DNA from: the human T2T-CHM13v2.0 reference genome, Homo sapiens
Direction: 5' to 3' (one strand)
NCBI RefSeq assembly: GCF_009914755.1
Contig: NC_060925.1
Length of the DNA: 64,000 nucleotides
Shown here: positions 56,568 to 64,000 of the stretch, piece after piece
Numbering within the stretch: the first letter of the stretch is position 1
Layout: each line of letters opens with the position of its first letter
Made by a program: the position numbers and the translations under genes
Notes under the pieces: model-generated
Told to the model about the DNA's origin: nothing
Seen by the model: the letters and a program-made list of their open reading frames with translations, nothing else
The model's database searches: none

Positions 56568-58039
56568 ATATCTTTGTGTGTGGTTGTAGATGGTTCATTT
56601 TTACTATTGTATAGTATTCTATTGTGTGAAGAGACCACAATCTATTCCTCCATTCAACTATCAATAGGTATTTGGTTTTTCTCCAGCTTATAGTTATTAC
56701 CCATAGTGCAACTACAAGTCTTGTCTTTTGATGAGTATATGTCCAGGTTTCTGTGGGGCCTATACTTAGGAGTGACTTTGCTGGGTTACAGGGAATGCAC
56801 ATGTTCAGCCGTGGTGCATACTGCCCAACAGATTTCCAAAGTGGTTTTCAAAGGACTTATGTTAAGGATTGCACTACCACTTCTAAACTTCAAAGTCTTT
56901 TACACTGAGTGAAGTAACAGGCTCCTGGAGATAGGCAAGAAATGGATGTTTCTGGTTAATGAACCGTGAGGCAGAAAACTTTCTAGCGTTTCAGCAGTCA
57001 CTTGAGCTGAGCACTCCAGGAACCTTCCTGGAAGAACACAGGACTTGATATCCCAAAACTCTGCTTCAGATCAAATACCAAAAGACTTTCCCCACAAGAG
57101 GGTCCTAGCCACCGTCAATGATTAAATTTAAAAACCAAAGAGAACAAGAGAAAGCAAAGAAAGAAAGAGAAAGGATTCAAGGAAGGGAAAGAAAGAAACC
57201 CAGGCTCCAAAGAAAAGTTATGAAATTCAGAGCCAACACTTGAAAGAAATCTGTAAGCCACAAAAAGTGGAAAGATCAGCCAAGTCCTTCCCTTTATTTT
57301 TTTAATTTGTATTATTATTATTATTTTTTGTAACCAACCATTCCTTGAAAACCAAACTCCTCAAAGAACCATCCTGAGAAGAACAATAGGAACACTTTAG
57401 ACGGGACCAGCCCTTCTTGTCTCCTTACCTTACTCAACTCCTCCTCCTCTGTTCTGTCTCACTTGTCAAGGACTTCACTTCACTGCCAAGAACACAGTTC
57501 TCTGTCCTGAGATTCATATTAATCTGTTCCACTGCCAGTTAGCCTGCCAAGGCTGCACCTGAAACTCCACACTTTAAACCACTCCTCCTTGCTGAAACAC
57601 AGCTTTCATTCCCCTCATCAATCCTCATCTCCTACAGCCAACCACACTCAAGACCTATGGCTTCTACTTACACTGTCCCTGATTCCTTCCACTGTTGACT
57701 TTCACCCAGGTGCCTGTGACAAGGCCCCTATGTCTGTCTCCCTGCCTCCAGGCTGACTTTCCCCAGACCTGCCTTCACCCACATCCCTAGAGATCTTTCT
57801 AAACTGTGCATCTGAGTATGTCATCCCTCTATTTAAACCCTTGCAAATCTTTCCATGGCCTCGGATTGGAATCAATCAAAACTCCTTAACATGCTCAACA
57901 AGGCCGTTTGAGACCCAGCCCCTTCCTTTCTCTCAGCTTCATTTCTCAAACTCCTCTCCTTGTGCTCAATGATCCAGCCATGAAGAACTTCCTTCCTTTG
58001 CTGAATAAACTATGTGCTCTCTCTCCCCTTTATTTAGCT

Positions 58040-58269
58040 TTATATATATATATATATAAATTGTCTAGTATATGAATTATATTCCAATAATACTGTTGTA
58101 TTCTGTTATATATATAACAGTACATATATAACATATACTACTATAACATAATACTATTTTTATATATAATATATAATATGTATTTTATATATAGTATACA
58201 AATATACATACACTATATATAATATATATTATACATATATGGAGACCATTTAATATATTACATTTTATA

Positions 58270-58320
<51 letters not shown>
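58040..58320. repeat. TA-rich low-complexity block with (TG)n(TA)n
   Basis: Direct read; pure (TA)n at ~58282-58319. Confidence 0.9.
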
Positions 58321-58324
<4 letters not shown>

Positions 58325-58338
58325 GAGGCCACCACATC

Positions 58339-58632
58339 TTTTTTTTTTTTTTGAGACAGAGTTTCACTCTGTCATCCAGGCCAGAGTACAGTCGCGCGAT
58401 CTCAGCTCACTGTAACCTGCACCTCCCAGGCTCAAACAATTCTTCTTCCTCAGCCTCCCAAGTAGCTGGAATTATAGGTGCCCACCACCACACCCAACTA
58501 ATTTTTGGACTTTTAGTAGAGACGGGGGTTTCATCATGTTAGCCTGGCTTGTCTCAAACTCCTGCCCTCAGGTGATCCGCCTGCCTCAGCCTCCCAAAGT
58601 CTGGGTACAGGCATGAGCCATCGCACCTGGCC
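58339..58632 (-). mobile_element. AluS without a recognisable TSD
   Basis: Full dimer; the two flanks do not match each other. Confidence 0.88.
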
Positions 58633-58764
58633 TCTATTAAATAATTCTTAATTGAGGCTGTAGATTAAGAGATGGGAAACATATAGACTCTACTCAGTTT
58701 ATTATATATATAAAATACATATTATATGTAATGAATTACATATATTTTATATAAGATATATATA

Positions 58765-59200
58765 AAACTGTATTTTTGGAATATAATTCACACACTAGAC
58801 AATTCACCTATTTAGTGTACAATTCAAAGGTTTATGTTATATTCATAGAATTGTGCAACCATCACCACAACCAATTTTAGAAGTCTCATCACCCCTAATA
58901 AAAACTCAGTACCCATATCAGTCACTCTCTATTTCTTCCCAACCTCCTCAGCCCTAGGCAACTAGTAAACTATTTACTGTCTCTATAGATTTGCCTGTTC
59001 TGGACATTTCACATAAATGGAACCATATGATATGCAGCCTTTTCTTGATTGACTTCTTGCACTTAGCATAATGTTTTCAGCATCTATCAGTAATTCATTC
59101 CTTTTTATTACCAAACAATACACCATTGTATCAATATACAACATTTTACTTATTTATTTATAAGTTGATCAACACTTGGATTGTTTTCACTTTTTGGAAA
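58765..59200 (-). mobile_element. L1MB 3' end
   Basis: 'atataattcacacac...tagaattgtgcaaccatcaccac...gatttgcctgttctggacatttcacataaatgg'. Confidence 0.85.
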
Positions 59201-59232
59201 AATGTTTAGAAGCTCTCCATTAGATAATTCTT

Positions 59233-59422
59233 GTTTTTTGTTTTGTTTTGTTTTTTGTTTTTTGTGTTTTTTTTAGAAACATAGTTTCACTTTGTTGCCC
59301 AGGCTGGAGTGCAGTGATGTGATCATAGCTCACTGCAGCCTTGAACTCCTGGTCTCAAGCAATCCTCCCATCTTGGCCTCCCAAACTGCTATGGTTACAG
59401 GTGTGAGTCACCATATCTAGCC
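59233..59422 (-). mobile_element. FLAM_C-like / internally deleted AluJ
   Basis: 17-bp TSD TCCATTAGATAATTCTT (59216-32) / TCCATTAAATACTTCTT (59423-39). Confidence 0.85.
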
Positions 59423-59522
59423 TCCATTAAATACTTCTTAATTGAGGGTGCAGATTAGGAGGTGGGAAAGATACAGACTCTACTCAGCTTGAAAGACAAA
59501 TAAACAGATGGTTTAAATATTA

Positions 59523-59848
<326 letters not shown>

Positions 59849-61554
59849 TGGTAAATATATTAACAGAGGTCTAGATAAGATACTATGGGAGAACAAAGGA
59901 AAGAAGAACTAATTCCCCCTGGAGGATTCAGAGAAGGCATTTGATAGGAGTCTTGAAAGATGAATAAGGTTGGAGAGACCTTTGTTAATCTGGTTCAACC
60001 CTTCATTCAGCCCTTGGCCAGCTCTACAGCATCCCATCACATGCAAGTCCTGCTCTGCCTGAAACACCTGAAAGCGAGGCATGCATCCAGAGGTTGGCTG
60101 GGTTGGGGGTGGAGGCAAGAGGAGGAGAGAGATGTGACAGGTGAAGGTACTTGGGAATGGGCAGTCCAGTTTAGTTATGGGGCCCATGCAAGGCAACATG
60201 AAAGGGTTGGGGTCACACAGAATAAAAGAAAGACCCTGGACTTGGGAATCAGTCAGGCTTGGACTCAAATAGACAACTAATAATGTGTGTGACTTTACAC
60301 AAATTATTTAATCTCTCTGAGCCTCTGTTTTGTCACATGTAAATATGAATTAATAGCTCTATTTCAGAGTTGTGAAGATCAAGGGACAGAGCATATGGAA
60401 AAGTACTTGGCACAAAGTAGGCAATTGATAACTGTCAAATCCTCTTCCTTCCAGTTTGCCAAAGCCAGCCCTGCCACCCTCTTTCCTAAGCTGAGACTCT
60501 GACCTTGATCACTCATTGTCCAGGCCCAGTAATAACAGCTAGATTTATTAACTTCTTACTGCATTCTGCACCCTGGGCTAAGTATCGTCTTTTTTCATCC
60601 TCACAAAAATCCAATGAAGTTGGAAATCTTTGTTTTATAGATAAGGAAACTGAGGCTCACAGATGTTAAATAATGAAATTTGCTCAAGGTCTTAAAGCTA
60701 GAAAGTCGTGGAACTGGAATTTAAACCCAGGCTGACATTAAAATCTATGCTACCCATTGTGTTCCTTCTAGAAAGGCAGTCAGGAATCATTCTGTTGAGT
60801 AAATCTTTAATCCATGATCCACATGTATCAACGTTTGATCAAAGCTCAAGAATGCCTTGCTTTCATAAACAATGCTTTTAAACACCAAAAATAAATAAAC
60901 AAAAAAAAGCAAAGCAGTGGGTTGAATAAGTGAAAATCCTCAAAAGAAAGATAATCTAAATAAACACTTAAAATAATAACAGCCATCTCTCAGGCGCTAG
61001 AGAGTATCACCATTTTTCCCAGGCAGCTCAGGGCAACAATAGTAAAACTTGAGATCCAGCAGTTCTTCCTTAGGGTTTTGTGATTAAAGAGGCCTGGGAT
61101 GATGGTTATATCTCCCCTCATAATCCTTAAACCCTGGCATCAAGCTATGGAAATCCTGATCATGAAGACTAATATTTGTGAAGTGCTTACAGTTTAGTAA
61201 GGATTAATTAGTAAGTAGATTGCTCACAGGGTATCTGCTGTCACTTACAACCCTGAAAGGTGCATAGGGCCAGGGTCATTTTTATTCTCAGAACAGAAAC
61301 CTGAAGTTCAGAGAAACAAGGTGACTTGCCAAAGCTCAAGGAGAGAATCACAATGTAAACTCCATCCTCTGATCCCTTTTCCACCTCCACCGGCATCTTC
61401 ATCCACAGTCCAAATTAGAAAGAACTCAGATTTGGACTCCTTGGAAGCAAACTTCTAGACTCCTGGGAACTGTATAGATTATGGCAACAAAGATAGAGGA
61501 TGGGCTGGAAGAAGACAAAAGTAACACTGCTGATAAGTGCAAAAACACCTAGCG

Positions 61555-63880
61555 TTAAAAAAAAAAATGGCTTTATTGAGATAAAATTCACATACAGTAA
61601 AATTCACCCTTTTAAATGGTACAATTTGGTGTCTTTTCATATATTCACAAAGTTTTACAACCATCACACTGTCTAATTCCATAACATTTCTATCACCACA
61701 GAAAGAAATCACAGTCATTGCAGTAATTACCCACTGCAGCCCTAGCACCCACTAATCTACTCTGTTTCTATGGATTTGCCTATTCTAGACATTTCATATG
61801 AATACATTCAATAAGTGTCTTTGGTGTCTGGCTTCTTTCACTTACATCATACTGTTTTCAAGGTTGATTAACATTGTAGTATGTATCAGTACTTCGTTTT
61901 CCTTATAGCCAAATAATATTCTATTGTGTGGATGTGTCATATTTTATTTATCTGTATATCAGTTAATGGAAAATCAGGCTCTTTCTACATTTTGGCTATT
62001 ATAAATAATGCTGCTATGAGCATTCAGGTACATTTTTTGTATGAACACATGCTTTCATTTCCCTTTGCTATATGCCCAGAAGTGGAATTGCTGGGTCATA
62101 CAGTAATTCTATGATTAGCTTTTTGAGGAACTGCCAGAAAGAAGAGTTCTTTATTCTACATATCCCTTTATTCTTTACTATTCTATCTGTTCTATTTTCA
62201 AAGTGATTGTACTATATAACATCCGCACCAGTAATATGTGGGTTCCCATTTCTTCACATCTTTCCAACACTAATTATAGCTATCCTATGGGTATGAAGCA
62301 GTATTCCATTGTGGTTTTGATTTACATTTCTCTGGTAGTGAATGATATTGAGTATCTTTTCATGTGCTTATTGCCTTTTGCATATCTTCTTTGAAGAAAT
62401 GTCTGTTTGTATCCTTTGCTCATTTAATTAGATTGTCTTTTCATTGTTGAGTTGTAAGAGTTCTTTATATATTCTAGAACTAAGTCCCTTATCAAAGATA
62501 TAATTTGCAAATTTAGTGAGTGAACTTTTTACTTTTTTAAAAGTGTTCTTTTAAGCACCAACATTTTTAACTTATTTACTTATTTTTCTTTTGTTGCTTG
62601 TACTTTTGATTTCATATCTAAAAACAAATCACCTAATTTAAGATCACAAAGATTACAAATATGTTTCCTTCTAAGAGTTTTATACTTTTAGCTCTAACAT
62701 TAGGTATATGATCCATTTTTAATCAACTTTTATATGGTGTGAGGTAGGGACCCAACTTTATTCTTTTGTGTGTGAATATCCAGTTGTCCCAGCATATTTG
62801 TTAAAAAGAATATTATTTCCCCCACTGAACTGGCTTTTCAGCCAGGCCAAAAATCAATTGACCATAAATGTAAGGGACTTTTTTTTGGACTGTGAATTCT
62901 ATTCCATTAATCTATGTGTCTATGCTTATTTTAGTACCATACTGTCTTCATTACTATAGCTTTGTAGTACGTTTTGAAATCAGGACATATGAGTCCTACA
63001 ACTTTGTTCTTATTTCTCAAGATTGCATTGACTATTCTGGGTCTCTTGAACTTCCATATGAAGTTGAGGAATTTGCTTGTCTATATATGTTTTTTTTTAA
63101 AAAAAAAACAAAAAACAGGCAGCTGGGACTTTGAGTGAGATTGCACTGAACCTGAAGATCAATTTTGGGAATATTACTATCTTAATATTAGCCTTCTAAT
63201 CCATGAGCACAGTACATCTTTCCATTCATTTAAAACTTCTATTACTTTTTTCAATGATGTTTTGCATTTCTCAGTGTACAAGTAGTGCATTAATTTTATT
63301 AAATTTAGTCCTAAATATTTTATTCTTTTTGATTCTATTGTGCATGGAATTACTTTCTTAATTTCATTTTTGGATTGTTCATTGCTAGTGTATAAAAATA
63401 CAATTGATTTTGGTATATTGATCTTGTATCCTGAAACATTTCTGAACTTGTTTATTAGTTCTAATAATTTTTAGTGGGATTCCTTAGGATTTCTTTTTAT
63501 ACAAGATCATGTCATCTGCAAATAAAGACAGTTTTACTACTTTCTTTTCTGTCTGCTTTCTCTCTCTTTTGGGTACTGTTTGCATGTTATATTTTTTCCT
63601 ACCTTTCTATTTTCAACCTATGTGTGTCTTTGAATCTAAAGTGTGTCTCCTCTAGACAGCATATAATTGAATTAAGGATTTTTAAAATCCATTTTGCCAA
63701 CTTCTGCTTTTTTCTTGAAGTTTAGTTCATTTACATTTAAGTAATTACTGACAAGGTAGAATTTAATTTGTGCTTTTGCTGTTTATTTTTCCATATACCT
63801 TGCGTATTTTTTTGTTCCTTTATTCCTTCATTACTGATTCTCTGTTTTCTTTTGTGTTAAATAGATATTTTCTAGCACAA
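61555..63880 (-). mobile_element. L1MB-type LINE, ~2.3 kb, with internal deletions
   Basis: 3' end 'gctttattgagataaaattcacatac...'; continuous antisense L1 ORF2/3' UTR text. Confidence 0.88.
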
Positions 63881-63902
63881 AATATTTCTTTGCTGCTGCC
63901 GC

Positions 63903-63964
63903 TATATATATATACGTATATATATATATATACACATATATATATACATATATATATATATACG

Positions 63965-64000
<36 letters not shown>
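63903..64000. repeat. Compound (TA)n/(TACA) and (GA)n microsatellite
   Basis: Direct read; runs off the window end. Confidence 0.95.

Larger units (their letters stand above)
54980..56830 (-). mobile_element. Old L1M 3' fragment split by LTR12
   Basis: 'tgtctggcttcttttgctgaacatcatgtttctgagattcatccatat' continues after the LTR as '...tagtattctattgtgtgaa...'. Confidence 0.75.

Overview
Primate (probably human or other catarrhine) non-coding genomic DNA, intergenic or deep intronic. It is dense in interspersed repeats: AluJ/S, FLAM/FRAM, L1M/L1PB, L2, CR1/L3, MIR, MaLR and ERV1 solo LTRs including a 1.34-kb LTR12, and hAT MER elements. I found no credible protein-coding exon; the ORF track is explained by repeats and chance. 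Two gene-derived relics are recognisable: a heavily decayed processed RPS11 pseudogene (minus, ~34.1-34.6 kb) and a full-length retroposed U3 snoRNA copy (plus, 36630-36845). The most unusual signal is a cluster of small, locally templated duplications at 53-59.5 kb: a ~120-bp copy pasted into an L1PB 3' UTR, a 68-bp direct duplication, and an inverted duplication around a (TA)n tract. All are ~87-90% identical to their donors, which suggests old template-switch repair. I see no evidence of a new protein-coding system. Repeat family names come from recalled consensus sequences, and boundaries are approximate unless a TSD is quoted. I could not place the locus on a chromosome.
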